NCBI GenBank assembly: GCA_963810935.1
Contig: CAWEPK010000008.1
Location: 32,001-96,000, forward strand
Reading direction: 5' to 3'
Length of the DNA: 64,000 nucleotides
Origin: an uncultured delta proteobacterium
GTDB taxonomy: Bacteria; Desulfobacterota; Syntrophorhabdia; Syntrophorhabdales; WCHB1-27
Positions 27,562 through 38,378 of this stretch are shown here, one piece after another. Below the pieces are notes generated by a model, which was not told the DNA's origin, ran no database searches, and saw nothing but the letters and a program-made list of their open reading frames with translations. Position numbers and translations under genes: made by a program. Position 1 is the first letter of the stretch. Each line of letters starts with the position of its first letter.

Positions 27562-28653
27562 ATGCAATCTTCAGAGACACAACTGCTCAAGAATGCGTTC
27601 CAGGAATTCGTAAAGGCATCCGACTCACTCAGCGGTTATTACCTCGTGCTGGAAGAGCGGATAAAACGCCTCAACGAAGAGGTCAACGAGAAGAATAAAG
27701 AGCTGGAGAAGGCTAAGGAATACTTTTACAACATCCTCAACTCGCTGCCTGTAGGGGTCGTCGTGCAGAAGGGCGAGTCGGTCCTTTTCACCAACAGGGA
27801 GGCTGAAAAATTCGGATGGGCCGAGCTTTCCGGCCAGCTCAACCGGGCGGGTTCGCTCATAGGGGAGGTCAAAAACGGCAAGGGCTTCTTCCGGTGGCGG
27901 AAAAGCGGCCTGACGAACGGCTCGGCCGGCAAGGACGTGATCGTCCTGGAAGACGTAAGCGAAATCCAAAGGATGAAGGAGCGTTCCGAGAGGGACGAGA
28001 GGCTCCGGGCAATGGGGGAGATGGCCGCAAGGATCGCCCACGAGATAAAGAACCCCCTTGGGTCGATGCAGCTCTTCCTTTCCATGATACTCAGGGGCGA
28101 GGTCGGCGACAAGGAAAGGGAATATGTCAATTCGGTGATCTTCGGCGTCAACACCATCGACAGGATAATCAACAACATCCTTTCGTACACGCGGCCCAAA
28201 ACCCTCGTCCGGAGGGAAGCGCTGCTTTCCGCCATAGTGAAAGAGACGCTCGATTTCATGGGCATCTCCGTCGTCAAAAAGAACATCAGGATAGGTTTTG
28301 CGAGCGAATTCGACGAGAAGACCTGGTTCGACCCGGACCTTCTGAAGCTGGCGCTCATGAACTTTATAAGCAACGCCTTCGAGGCCCTGCCGGAGAACGG
28401 CTCCCTCGACGTTGCGATAAGAGAGGAAGGGGCATACGCGTCGGTTGCCCTTGCGGATAACGGCGTGGGGATGGACGAGGAGACCAGAAGGAGCATATTC
28501 AACCCCTTCTTCACGACGAAAGACAAAGGCGTGGGCCTCGGCCTTTTCATAGCGCACAACATCGTGAAGGCGCACGACGGCTACATAGAGGTGGAGTCGG
28601 CGGAAGGGAAGGGATCGACCTTCACCGTCTACCTTCCCAAAGGACAGTCATGA
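27562..28653 (+). CDS. cytoplasmic sensor histidine kinase, FlgS/FleS-like
   Basis: AHEIKNPL H-box, N-box, DNGVG, PFFTTK.GVGLGL; no TM; precedes regulator and flgB. Confidence 0.88.
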   Translation: MQSSETQLLKNAFQEFVKASDSLSGYYLVLEERIKRLNEEVNEKNKELEKAKEYFYNILNSLPVGVVVQKGESVLFTNREAEKFGWAELSGQLNRAGSLIGEVKNGKGFFRWRKSGLTNGSAGKDVIVLEDVSEIQRMKERSERDERLRAMGEMAARIAHEIKNPLGSMQLFLSMILRGEVGDKEREYVNSVIFGVNTIDRIINNILSYTRPKTLVRREALLSAIVKETLDFMGISVVKKNIRIGFASEFDEKTWFDPDLLKLALMNFISNAFEALPENGSLDVAIREEGAYASVALADNGVGMDEETRRSIFNPFFTTKDKGVGLGLFIAHNIVKAHDGYIEVESAEGKGSTFTVYLPKGQS

Positions 28654-29945
28654 GAAATATCCTTGTTGTCGATGACGATTACCACATGCGCATGGCCCTA
28701 ACCGAGGCGCTTTCCAAGGCAGGCTATGACGTCTGCGCGGCTGAGGACGGAAGGGTCGCCATGGAGTCCATGAAGAAATCGGTTTGCGACCTCGTCATCA
28801 CCGACGTAAAGATGCCCTATGTCAACGGGATCGACCTGCTGGGGCGCATAAAAAAGGAGCACTGCTCCCTTCCCGTTATAGTTATAACCGCTTACGGTAC
28901 TGTCCAGCACGCGGTAAACGCGATCAAGGAAGGGGCGTTCGACTACATACAGAAGCCCTTCGATACGGACACGCTCTATGAAGTCGTGCAACGCGCCCTC
29001 GGGCTCGAAAGCGGGCGGATCGTCTGCGTCTCCAGGATCATGAAGGACCTGCTCGTGCGGGCGCAGCAGGTTGCGCGCTCGGACGCAACTGTCCTCGTCG
29101 CGGGTGAGAGCGGAGTAGGCAAAGAGCTGATCTCCAGATATATCCACGAAAACAGCGACCGGGTAGATATGCCTTTCGTGGCCGTAAACTGCGCGGCACT
29201 GCCGGAAAACCTTCTGGAAAGCGAGCTTTTCGGATACGAGAAGGGCGCCTTTACGGGCGCGATTGCGCGGAAGCCAGGCAAGTTCGAGCTTGCGGACAAG
29301 GGCACCATCCTCCTGGACGAGGTCACTGAGATGGACCTCAGGCTCCAGGCAAAACTCCTCCGCGCGCTTCAGGAAAGGGAGGTCGAGGTAATCGGCGGGA
29401 AACTGCCCAGGAAGGTCGATGTAAAGGTAATCGCGACGACGAACAGGAACCTCACGCAGCTCGTCGAAGAGGGCAAGTTCCGCGAAGACCTTTATTACAG
29501 GCTGAACGTCTTCCCCATCACGGTGCCGCCTCTGCGCGAAAGAAGGGAGGACATACCGGAGCTTGCAGCCAACCTATTGAAGAAATACGCCCGAGGCGCA
29601 GACACGCGCATCGAAGAAGAGGCGATGTCGCACCTGATCTCGCGCCGGTGGAGAGGCAACGTGCGCGAGCTCGAGAACGTGATAGCGCGGGCGTGCATCC
29701 TTTCCGACTACAGGGTCATCAAGCTGGCGCACCTCCAGGAGCCGGGCGACGAGAGGGCCCAGGTGCAGCCCTCGCAGATAGAGACGGTCGGCTCAGTCAG
29801 GCAGATGGAGATGAAGCTTATCCTGGAGGCCTTAAAGACGGTGAACGGGAACAGGACCAAGGCCGCCTCCGTCCTGGGAATAACGTCCAGGACGCTGAGG
29901 AACAAGATAAGGGAATACCGGGACCTCGGTCTCGCAGTGCCTTAA
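28650..29945 (+). CDS. sigma54-dependent response regulator, FlgR/FleR-like
   Basis: REC, GESGVGKE, GAFTGA, RTLRNK HTH; directly before flgB. Confidence 0.9.
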   Translation: MRNILVVDDDYHMRMALTEALSKAGYDVCAAEDGRVAMESMKKSVCDLVITDVKMPYVNGIDLLGRIKKEHCSLPVIVITAYGTVQHAVNAIKEGAFDYIQKPFDTDTLYEVVQRALGLESGRIVCVSRIMKDLLVRAQQVARSDATVLVAGESGVGKELISRYIHENSDRVDMPFVAVNCAALPENLLESELFGYEKGAFTGAIARKPGKFELADKGTILLDEVTEMDLRLQAKLLRALQEREVEVIGGKLPRKVDVKVIATTNRNLTQLVEEGKFREDLYYRLNVFPITVPPLRERREDIPELAANLLKKYARGADTRIEEEAMSHLISRRWRGNVRELENVIARACILSDYRVIKLAHLQEPGDERAQVQPSQIETVGSVRQMEMKLILEALKTVNGNRTKAASVLGITSRTLRNKIREYRDLGLAVP

Positions 29946-29957
29946 ACGGGAGCGACC

Positions 29958-30302
29958 ATGGGCATGATCGACCTGATCGAAAAAGCACTCGACATCAGGG
30001 CCTTCTATCAGAGGGTGCTGGCGACCAACATCGCCAATGTCGAGACGCCGGGGTACAAAGAGAGGGAGCTGGACTTCAAGACGGAGCTGGACAGGCTTGC
30101 CGACGACAGCACGGGAAGCGCAATCCGGGTAGGCGAAAAGACGGAAGGCGCGGGAAGCAGCGCAGTGGATGATAATACGGTGGTTATCGAAGGCCAGATC
30201 GTCAAAATGACGGAAAATACTTTGATGTTCAATTCCCTGGTCCAGCTCATAAACAAGAGATTCTCGATGATTCGTTACGCGATCAACGAGGGGAGGAAGT
30301 AG
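29958..30302 (+). CDS. flgB: flagellar basal-body rod protein
   Basis: NIAN.ETPGYK; position. Confidence 0.9.
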   Translation: MGMIDLIEKALDIRAFYQRVLATNIANVETPGYKERELDFKTELDRLADDSTGSAIRVGEKTEGAGSSAVDDNTVVIEGQIVKMTENTLMFNSLVQLINKRFSMIRYAINEGRK

Positions 30303-30303
30303 C

Positions 30304-30735
30304 ATGGATATGCTCGAGATCCTGCGTATAAGCTCGTCCGGCATGAGGGCGCAGAGGACCAGGATGGAGGCCATCGCCACGAACCTGGCGAACGTAAACT
30401 CGACGAAGAGCGACGAAGGCGGGCCGTTCAGGAAGAAAGAGGTCGTCTTCGCCACCAGCGACGTATCGGAAGGCAGCACGTTCGGCTCGGTTTTAGAGAA
30501 GAAGCTCGAGGGCGTTAAGGTCGACCAGGTAATCGAGAGCCAGAGGCCCTTCGAGCGGACTTACGACCCCTTCCATCCCCACGCGGATAAAGACGGCTAT
30601 GTCTCCATGCCCAACGTAAACGTGATGGAAGAGATGTCCGACATGGTGTCGGCGACGAGGGCCTACGAGGCCAACGTCAACGTGGCGGGAAGCGTTAAGC
30701 AGATGTTCATGAAGTCTTTGGAGATAGGCCAGTAG
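30304..30735 (+). CDS. flgC: flagellar basal-body rod protein
   Basis: SGM.AQR.R..NLAN, YDP.HP.AD..GYV.MPNVN, RAYEAN. Confidence 0.95.
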   Translation: MDMLEILRISSSGMRAQRTRMEAIATNLANVNSTKSDEGGPFRKKEVVFATSDVSEGSTFGSVLEKKLEGVKVDQVIESQRPFERTYDPFHPHADKDGYVSMPNVNVMEEMSDMVSATRAYEANVNVAGSVKQMFMKSLEIGQ

Positions 30736-30743
30736 GAGACGCC

Positions 30744-31031
30744 ATGAAGGTAGAAAAGCTCGTATTGGACGACTTCTCGAAGCAGCAGACCGCCAAGGCG
30801 CAGAAAGCGGAAACTTCCTTTTCAGACATACTGAAAGAGTCCATCGACAAGGTTTCGGAGCTTGAAAAGGAAGCCGGCGTCCAGACGGAAAAACTGGTGA
30901 AAATGGAGAGCCAGGACGTCCATAACACCATGATCTCCGTTCAGAAGGCAGACCTCACGTTCCAGATGATGATGCAGATCCGGAACAAAATAATCGATGC
31001 CTATCAGGAGATCATGAGGATGCAGGTGTAA
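30744..31031 (+). CDS. fliE: hook-basal body protein
   Basis: IRNKIIDAYQEIMRMQV. Confidence 0.95.
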   Translation: MKVEKLVLDDFSKQQTAKAQKAETSFSDILKESIDKVSELEKEAGVQTEKLVKMESQDVHNTMISVQKADLTFQMMMQIRNKIIDAYQEIMRMQV

Positions 31032-31034
31032 AAG

Positions 31035-32639
31035 GTGGATACGGTTTTCGATAATATCAGGGGTCATCTGAAGACCATACCGAAAAACAAGCTCTACCTT
31101 TACGTTATGCTTCTGCTCGGCGGCATAGGTGCTGCCGTCATCGGCCTTTCCTTCATCGAACGGGAAGAGTATCAGCCGCTTTTCATAGGGTTGACTACCG
31201 AAGACGCCTCCAACGTAGTGTCGAGGCTGAAGGAGCAGAAGATACCCTATAAGCTGGGCGCCAGCGGGACGACCGTTTCCGTGCCCAAGGAAAAGCTGTC
31301 CGACGTCAGGCTGGTCCTCGCCTCCCAGAACGCGCTTCCGGGCGGAGGAGGGGTGGGCCTGGAGCTTTTCGACAAGACGAATTACGGCATGACCGAGTTC
31401 ATGCAGACCGTCAACTATAAGAGGGCCATACAGGGAGAGCTGACCAGGACCATCAACCAGATGCCCGAGGTGAAGGCCTCCCGCATACACATAGCTATAC
31501 CGGAGAAGTCGCTTTTCACGGAGAGGGAAAAAGAGGTCACGGCCTCGGTGTTCCTGAAGCTGAAGCCGGGCAGGGACCTTTCCAGGGAACAGGTGGCCGC
31601 CGTCGTGCAGCTCGTTGCGGGCAGCATAGAGGGACTCAAGGCGGACAACGTAGTCGTCATTGACTCTTCCGGTAAGGTACTCCATAAGAGCGGCGAAGGC
31701 GACTCCGGACTGGTGCTTTCCGGGCAGCAGTACGAGCTGCAGAAAAGCGTGGAAAAGAAGATAGAGGATTCGGTCGCCTCGATGCTCCAGACGGTGCTGA
31801 TGAGCAGCAGGTCGATCGTCCGGGCGAGCGTCGATCTCAACCTCCGCAAAGTAGAGAGGATGGAGGAAGAATACGCCCCCGACAAAAAAGTTGTGACGCA
31901 GGAAAAGAAGACGAGAGAAAAATCAGTCAACGGCAAGCCCAAGGCCGGCGGGGTGCCGGGGGCAGCGGCAAGTCTCGCGGCTGCGGCTGCAAAGACGCAG
32001 AAAGACCATAAACAACACGAGGAGTCTTCTTCGACGATAAGCGAAACCGAGCGCGAGGACACACAGACGGGCTACGAGGTCAGCAAATCGGTGCGGAAGA
32101 TCGTCGAGCCCTTCGGTGACATAAAGCGGATATCCCTCGCCGTACTGGTAGACGGAAAATATGAAAAGGTGAAGGGAAAGAACGGCGAAGAGCTGAAGTA
32201 CATACCGAGGACGCCGCAGGAGCTGAGCAACATCAAGAATATAGTGGCAAGGGCGGCCGGCCTCAACGACGAGAGGGGCGACAAGGTCGAGGTCCTCAAT
32301 ATGCCCTTTGAAGTGGAGGTCATTCCCGAGGAGAAGACCCTGCTGAAACCCGAGAACAAAGAGCTGGCGCTCGGCCTGGGGAAATATGTGTTCTACCTGG
32401 TGATAGTGCTCTGTGTCTTCATGTTCGCGCTGAGGCCCATGTTCGGCGCCATGAAGGGCAAGGGCGGCCCTGGCGCTGTTCATGTCAAAGACGTCTATGT
32501 AAAGGCCCCGGTCGCAGGCGCTGTTGCCGCCGCCGCAATACCGGCCGTGGAAAAGGCGCAACCGGCGCTCTCCGAAGCGCTCAAAGATAAGGCACTCGTC
32601 GGCTCGATAATTCATGAATGGGTAAAGGAGAATGCGTGA
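31035..32639 (+). CDS. fliF: MS-ring protein
   Basis: GLELFD..GMTEF, RAIQGEL.RTI, TASV, two TM segments. Confidence 0.95.
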   Translation: MDTVFDNIRGHLKTIPKNKLYLYVMLLLGGIGAAVIGLSFIEREEYQPLFIGLTTEDASNVVSRLKEQKIPYKLGASGTTVSVPKEKLSDVRLVLASQNALPGGGGVGLELFDKTNYGMTEFMQTVNYKRAIQGELTRTINQMPEVKASRIHIAIPEKSLFTEREKEVTASVFLKLKPGRDLSREQVAAVVQLVAGSIEGLKADNVVVIDSSGKVLHKSGEGDSGLVLSGQQYELQKSVEKKIEDSVASMLQTVLMSSRSIVRASVDLNLRKVERMEEEYAPDKKVVTQEKKTREKSVNGKPKAGGVPGAAASLAAAAAKTQKDHKQHEESSSTISETEREDTQTGYEVSKSVRKIVEPFGDIKRISLAVLVDGKYEKVKGKNGEELKYIPRTPQELSNIKNIVARAAGLNDERGDKVEVLNMPFEVEVIPEEKTLLKPENKELALGLGKYVFYLVIVLCVFMFALRPMFGAMKGKGGPGAVHVKDVYVKAPVAGAVAAAAIPAVEKAQPALSEALKDKALVGSIIHEWVKENA

Positions 32640-33640
32640 TGGAAGCTGCTGAAGACCTTTCGGGAGTAAAAAAGGCTGCAATACTTTTGCTTACAATGGA
32701 CGAGGATCTCTCGAAGGAGATTATAAAGGACCTCGACGACGAAGATATAGAGGCGGTAGGGCAGGAGATATCCAAGCTCCGCATCATACCCGGCGAAGTC
32801 GTCCACAAGGTCCACGACGAGTTCACGAAGAGGGCCGATTTGACGAAGAAGAATATGATCGGCATGGAAGACAAATTCAAGCTGCTCGTGCAGAGGAGCC
32901 TGGGGATAGAAAAGGCGGAGATGTTCCTCGGCAATATAGAGGCGAGGAAATCGATGCCGGGTGAGTTCCTGAGGACCGCTGATGCAAAAATGCTCGCCAA
33001 CGTGCTGCGTGGGGAGCACCCCCAGACCATCGCCCTGGTCCTGTCGATGCTCAACGTCAAGAAGGCGCATGAGCTTGTCAGCCATCTTCCCGACAAAGTC
33101 CACTACGACGTCCTCACCCGGATGGCGTATCTCGAAAAGGTGGACAGGAAGATCATCAAGGACGTAGAGAACGTTCTAAGGGAACAGCTCGAAACTTCCG
33201 GCACCGTGGAAGGCAAGCAGCTCGGGGGTGTAGAGGCGGTGGCCGGCATAATCAACCAGATGGACAGGAAGATAGAAACGGAGCTGCTGACGAAGATCGA
33301 GGAGCACGACGCGGCCCTCGCCGAAAAGATAAGGATGCTCATGTTCACCTTCGAGGACATCCTGAGGATCGAAGACCGCGGCATGCAGACGCTGTTGAAG
33401 GAAGTCACCACCGAAGAGCTGGCTCTGGCGCTCAAAGGCGCATCCGACGCGATCACGGAAAAGATATACAAGAACATGTCGGAAAGGGCCTCCGGTATGC
33501 TGAAGGAAGACATGGAAGCAATGGGCCCCGTCCGTCTCTCCGACGTTGAGCGGGCGCAGGCCAAGATAGCCATGGTAGCGAAGAACCTCGAATCCGAAGG
33601 CAAGATTATGCTCGTGAGGGGCAATGAGAGATTCGTGTAG
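32639..33640 (+). CDS. fliG: motor switch protein
   Basis: KAAILL, EHPQTIA, GG, MFTFED, NMS.RA. Confidence 0.95.
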   Translation: MEAAEDLSGVKKAAILLLTMDEDLSKEIIKDLDDEDIEAVGQEISKLRIIPGEVVHKVHDEFTKRADLTKKNMIGMEDKFKLLVQRSLGIEKAEMFLGNIEARKSMPGEFLRTADAKMLANVLRGEHPQTIALVLSMLNVKKAHELVSHLPDKVHYDVLTRMAYLEKVDRKIIKDVENVLREQLETSGTVEGKQLGGVEAVAGIINQMDRKIETELLTKIEEHDAALAEKIRMLMFTFEDILRIEDRGMQTLLKEVTTEELALALKGASDAITEKIYKNMSERASGMLKEDMEAMGPVRLSDVERAQAKIAMVAKNLESEGKIMLVRGNERFV

Positions 33641-34256
33641 GCATTCCGCACCCTTCAACTTCGACGACCTCTCCCAGGAAAGGAAGAAGCGGGCCGAAAG
33701 ACCGTTCGTGGCCCTTTTCAATCCGGAGGAGGCGGAAGCCGTTGAAGAAGAGCCGGAAGAGCAGCCCTTAACCGTCGAGGAACAGGCCAGGAAGGTCTTC
33801 GACGACGCGTACGTGGAGGGCGAAAAGGCCGGTCACGAGATGGGCATGAGGCGGGCCGAGCTGGTCGCAAAGAGGCTGGAAAAGCAATTGAACGAATTGA
33901 CATCGTTCAAGAAGACCCTCGAAGAGAAGTACGAAAAGCTGGCGGTCGAGCTGGCGCTCCTCTTCGCTGAGTCGCTCGTCCTGAAGGAATGCGAGGCGAA
34001 CAGAGATCTTATGGTAGGGATGATGAGGAAGGCGCTTCAGGCGTGTGAGGAAAGGGGCGAGATCATAATACGGGTAAGGAATGAGGACCTCAAGCATATA
34101 GAAGGCATCAACCAGGCCAACGTAAGGGTGATTAGCGACGACGCGCTCAAGGAGCCGGGGTTCGTGATAGAGACGTCCCTGGGCGACATAGACGGGAGGA
34201 TCGCCTCCCAAATCGAAGAGCTGAGAAACGCGCTGGTGGGCTATGTCGACGCATGA
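33624..34256 (+). CDS. fliH: flagellar assembly protein
   Basis: AY.EG..AG..G repeats, G..IET..G.IDG; between fliG and fliI. Confidence 0.85.
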   Translation: MRDSCRHSAPFNFDDLSQERKKRAERPFVALFNPEEAEAVEEEPEEQPLTVEEQARKVFDDAYVEGEKAGHEMGMRRAELVAKRLEKQLNELTSFKKTLEEKYEKLAVELALLFAESLVLKECEANRDLMVGMMRKALQACEERGEIIIRVRNEDLKHIEGINQANVRVISDDALKEPGFVIETSLGDIDGRIASQIEELRNALVGYVDA

Positions 34257-35565
34257 GGGCCTCCTGGAAGACGTAAAAGGGAAGCTCGCCGGCATATATC
34301 CCTACAGGATATATGGAAGGGTAAGCCAGGTGGTCGGCCTCGTTATAGAGGGCAAAGGCCCGCTGTCGTCCGTGGGCGACTCCGCCCTGATTTATCCCCT
34401 GGACGATTCAGCGCCCATCCACGCGGAGGTGGTCGGTTTCAGGGACGGGAAAACGATGCTCATGCCCCTCGGCGACTTACGGGGCATAGGCATAGGATCG
34501 AGAATACTGGCGAGAAAAAGCACGGTGAGCGCCCGCGCAGGAAGTGGGCTGCTGGGCCGCGTCATCGACGGGCTGGGCAACCCCATGGACGGGAAAGGGC
34601 CGCTGGACGCCGTCGAATCCGTACCGATCCACCAGGACACCACCAACCCGATGAAAAAGCGGCGCATCCGTGAGCCCCTCGACATGGGAGTGAGGAGCAT
34701 CAACGGCTTGCTCACATGCGGCAAGGGCCAGAGGATGGGCATCTTCGCAGGGTCGGGAGTCGGCAAGAGCGTGCTCCTCGGCATGGTGGCTCGCCATACG
34801 GAGGCACAGGTCAACGTCATAGGGCTCATAGGAGAACGGGGCAGGGAGGTACGGGAATTCATCGAGAAAGACCTTCAGGACGGCGCCGGCCACTCAATAG
34901 TCGTTGTCGCAACCTCGGACCAACCCCCCGTCATAAGGGTAAGGGCCGCCTTCCTGACCATCGCCCTGGCGGAATATTTCCGGGACCGGGGAAACGACGT
35001 GCTCCTTCTCATGGACTCGCTTACGCGCTTCGCGATGGCTCAGAGGGAGATAGGGCTGGCCATAGGCGAGCCTCCTACGTCGAAAGGCTATCCGCCGAGC
35101 GTATTTTCCCTGCTTGCAAAACTACTGGAGAGGGCGGGAAACGGGGAAGGGCAGGGTACCATGACGGCCATCTACACAGTACTGGTCGAGGGTGACGACC
35201 TGGACGACCCTATAGCCGATGCTGCCAGATCGATCCTGGACGGCCATATCGTGCTGTCGAGGAAGCTGGCAAACGAGAACCAGTATCCGGCGGTTGACGT
35301 GCTGAAAAGCATCAGCCGTATAATGAAGGACATCGTTCCGGCCGAGCAGACGGGCTATGCGGGCAAGTTGATCGAGATCCTGTCGGAGTATGAGAGGGCC
35401 GAGGACCTCGTCAATATAGGGGCCTATGTTTCCGGCAGCAACAAAAGAATAGACTACGCGCTTTCCATGATGGAGAAAGTTAGGCTCTTCCTGAGGCAGA
35501 AAGCCGACGAGAGGGCCACGCTTGAGAATACGATGGACAGTATGAGGATCCTTTTCTGTGCCTAG
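34243..35565 (+). CDS. fliI: flagellar export ATPase
   Basis: FAGSGVGKS, GERGREV, DSLTRFA.A.REIGL, SILDGHIVL. Confidence 0.97.
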   Translation: MSTHEGLLEDVKGKLAGIYPYRIYGRVSQVVGLVIEGKGPLSSVGDSALIYPLDDSAPIHAEVVGFRDGKTMLMPLGDLRGIGIGSRILARKSTVSARAGSGLLGRVIDGLGNPMDGKGPLDAVESVPIHQDTTNPMKKRRIREPLDMGVRSINGLLTCGKGQRMGIFAGSGVGKSVLLGMVARHTEAQVNVIGLIGERGREVREFIEKDLQDGAGHSIVVVATSDQPPVIRVRAAFLTIALAEYFRDRGNDVLLLMDSLTRFAMAQREIGLAIGEPPTSKGYPPSVFSLLAKLLERAGNGEGQGTMTAIYTVLVEGDDLDDPIADAARSILDGHIVLSRKLANENQYPAVDVLKSISRIMKDIVPAEQTGYAGKLIEILSEYERAEDLVNIGAYVSGSNKRIDYALSMMEKVRLFLRQKADERATLENTMDSMRILFCA

Positions 35566-36010
35566 CTTCCATTTCCGTTTCGACAGGTTGATAGAAGTGA
35601 AGGAAAAGCTCGCGGAGCACAAGCAGCGGGAGATGGAGATAACGGCCGCAGAGGCGGTGGCGCTCCAGCAAGAGGCAAGCTCCATAAGCAGGCAGATATC
35701 CAAACACTACGAAGAAATGGAATCGTGCTGCGTAAAGGGTGAAGAGTTCTCCATGTTCCTCGGGTCGGTACGCTACCTCGATATGCAGAAGGCCGCGGCC
35801 CTCAAGGAAAAAGCAAACAAAGAAGCGCGGGTCGATGTGCTCAGGGCGGAGCTTTTGGGCCTCATGGTCGAGGTTAAAGTGCTCGAGAAACTGAAGGTCA
35901 AGGCATATCGGGCCGCAAAAAAAGTCATTGCCAGGAAAGAACAAAAGATCATGGACGCCATGGCTGCGCGTTCCTCGGACCCTCAAAACGCGGGCGCCCT
36001 GCTCCGGTAG
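35558..36010 (+). CDS. fliJ: flagellar export chaperone
   Basis: F.FRF..L N-terminus, coiled coil, EQK..D; follows fliI. Confidence 0.8.
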   Translation: MPSFHFRFDRLIEVKEKLAEHKQREMEITAAEAVALQQEASSISRQISKHYEEMESCCVKGEEFSMFLGSVRYLDMQKAAALKEKANKEARVDVLRAELLGLMVEVKVLEKLKVKAYRAAKKVIARKEQKIMDAMAARSSDPQNAGALLR

Positions 36011-36051
36011 ACATCCCCATCTCCAAACTCGCAACTCTCTGAAATGCAGGC

Positions 36052-36083
36052 GGAAAATTCTTCCCCGCTCGGAATATTTTTCC
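36052..36083. promoter_or_regulatory. tandem GGAA-N5-TTCC activator sites
   Basis: GGAAAATTCTTCC (36052) and GGAATATTTTTCC (36071); recur upstream of cheB and flgF. Confidence 0.55.
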
Positions 36084-36150
36084 ACAGCCGCGCTTTCCGG
36101 AAACAGGCGCGCTGCTCCGTTTTCCCGCACAGACAGGGCTTTGTTGCACG

Positions 36151-36165
36151 TGGCACGCTTCTTGT
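36151..36165 (+). promoter_or_regulatory. sigma54 promoter of fliK-flgDE
   Basis: TGGCAC-N5-TTGT. Confidence 0.7.
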
Positions 36166-36178
36166 TTAAGAAGCAGTT

Positions 36179-37734
36179 ATGGAACAGACCCTCATGAGTC
36201 TGATCAATGCAGCAGCCAACGTCGAGACAACCACTGCGACGAGCCAGGCATTCTCTTCGTCGGGCGCGGGAGGACTCTTCGCCGATCTGCTCAGCAAGGC
36301 AGTCAGTGAAGGCGGCAACGCCGCTGCAACCTCCGCCTCGGATGCCAATGGGGCGAAGACGCCCTTCGACCTCGCCGAGCTACTGGCCGCCCTTGTCGGC
36401 AAGGGCGGCAGCGACCTCTTCGAAGCGCTCCAGTCGGCTTCGGCAAAAAATGTCACAAGCGGCGTCACGGAAACATCGGACGTACGTGCGAGGGCGAGCG
36501 CTGCCTCAAACGGCGCAGGGGCAACCGGGACGGCGCAGGGAAAAGCTTCGGACACAGTAAAGAGCGGAAGCAGCACAAACCCGGACCTGCAAAACCTCCT
36601 TATGGGATTGCTTGCGCTCGTTATGAAGGATAGCGCAGGGACCGCAGAGACGTCAGGCACGACAACGGACGAAGACACCGGCGACGATAAAACGGCAGCG
36701 GACGCGGCGGCGGCATCTCAGACGGCGGACGCAACGGCGGCCGGCGATAAATCGAAGCAGGACGGCCAATCGATCCTCCAGGCCCTCGGTCTCCTGCTCT
36801 TCGCCGCCCTCGAGGCGGCCGGGGCTGCGCAGAACGGGGCCGTAGCAGTGGGCGGACAGGCCGAAGGCCGGACGCAGGGCGAGACGGAGCAGGCCCAGGG
36901 CAATGCGACAAGCGCGAGCCTCCTTGTGTCCCAGGGCCGGACGGGTCTTGCCGGTAAGTCTGCCTCAGGCGCTGTAGAGGCCGGTTCGGCGGGACCCAGC
37001 CGGAGGAGACGGACGTCGCGGCGTATGCAGCCGCGGCCGCGCAAAAGTCACCGCCCCAGGACGAACGGACTGCCGCCCCCGGGATGGTGACGGTCTCCAC
37101 CGCCATCAAAGAAAACGACACAGCTAAAAACAACGTTACGCTGACGATAAATAGCGTGCAGAATATAAACGGCCAGGCGCTGACGGTGGTCAAAGAGTTG
37201 GCGACCACGATGGATGCGGGCGGCGGGACAGGATCGGACGGCAACGGGACCGGCAAGGAAAAATCGGCTGACCGTGACGTTTACCCACTGACCCCCGACA
37301 ACGGCAGCTCCGCAACGAGCGTGTCCGCACAGGAACAGACGTCGCCGGGAACGGCCAATGTGTCGGGCAGCATCGAGAGGTTCGACAAGGTCATCGAGCA
37401 GCTCGCGGGCAGAAGCGGCTCACACGACCTGACCGTCAGGCTCACCCTCGATAATAACGAGAGCCTCGTCCTGGGTCTTAAAGACCTCGGCCAGAGCATA
37501 ACCGTAGACGTCAGGTCCTCGGACCAGGGGATGATCGGCCTGCTGCAATCGCAGAAGGACACCATCATGCAGCACCTCGACAGCCAGGACGTACGCGCGC
37601 AGATCGTGATCGACCCCAACGCATACGGAACACCCGATCAGAAGGGAAAGCAGCAAGAGGCAAGGCAAAGGAGTTTTACGCCCCGAAGGCAGCCAAGCGC
37701 TACTTTCGGTGCGTTTCTTGAGACATTCGCGTAA
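36179..37734 (+). CDS. fliK: hook-length control protein-like, frameshifted near 37000-37080
   Basis: Long Ala/Ser/Thr/Gly low-complexity region and C-terminal globular domain; between fliJ and flgD. Confidence 0.65.
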
Positions 37735-37746
37735 AGGAGGAAACAA

Positions 37747-38361
37747 ATGTCAACGGTAGCTTCCTCGACGAACACCGCCAACACAACGAATACCGCAACG
37801 AGTTCCAGCAACGCCACTCTCAGCCAGAACGATTTCCTGCAGATCCTGATGACCCAGCTCCAGAACCAGGACCCCTTGGATCCCACGGACACGAACAGCT
37901 TCGTACAGGAGATGTGCCAGCTCACATCGACACAGGCGATCACGCAGATGCAGACGGACTTCAGCAACCTCGTGAGCAGCCTCCAGAACAGCAGTATGGG
38001 GCAGTGGGCTTCCACGATAGGGGACTACATGCAGGTAAGCAGCACATCGATCTCCGAGGGCGACAAGGTCACGCTGAGCCCGACCGGGAGCTATGACAGC
38101 CTCAGCCTTACGCTGAAGGATTCGTCAGGCAACGAGACGACCAAGACGTTCAGCTCCACCGATACGCCGACATATAGCGACACGGACGGAAACTATACGA
38201 TCGTGAGCGCCAGCCAGACGACTAAGGGCGTATCCACTACATGCAATTACAACGTCTACCGGGTCATATCGGCGATCCAGGGCGGCACGTCGGGCACGTC
38301 CCTCGTCGCAAGCGACGGCACGGCCTACGCTACGAGCAGCATAAATCAGATAGTCCAATAG
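37747..38361 (+). CDS. flgD: hook capping protein
   Basis: FLQILMTQLQNQDPLDP. Confidence 0.92.
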   Translation: MSTVASSTNTANTTNTATSSSNATLSQNDFLQILMTQLQNQDPLDPTDTNSFVQEMCQLTSTQAITQMQTDFSNLVSSLQNSSMGQWASTIGDYMQVSSTSISEGDKVTLSPTGSYDSLSLTLKDSSGNETTKTFSSTDTPTYSDTDGNYTIVSASQTTKGVSTTCNYNVYRVISAIQGGTSGTSLVASDGTAYATSSINQIVQ

Positions 38362-38378
38362 GAGGAGAGGAGGATACC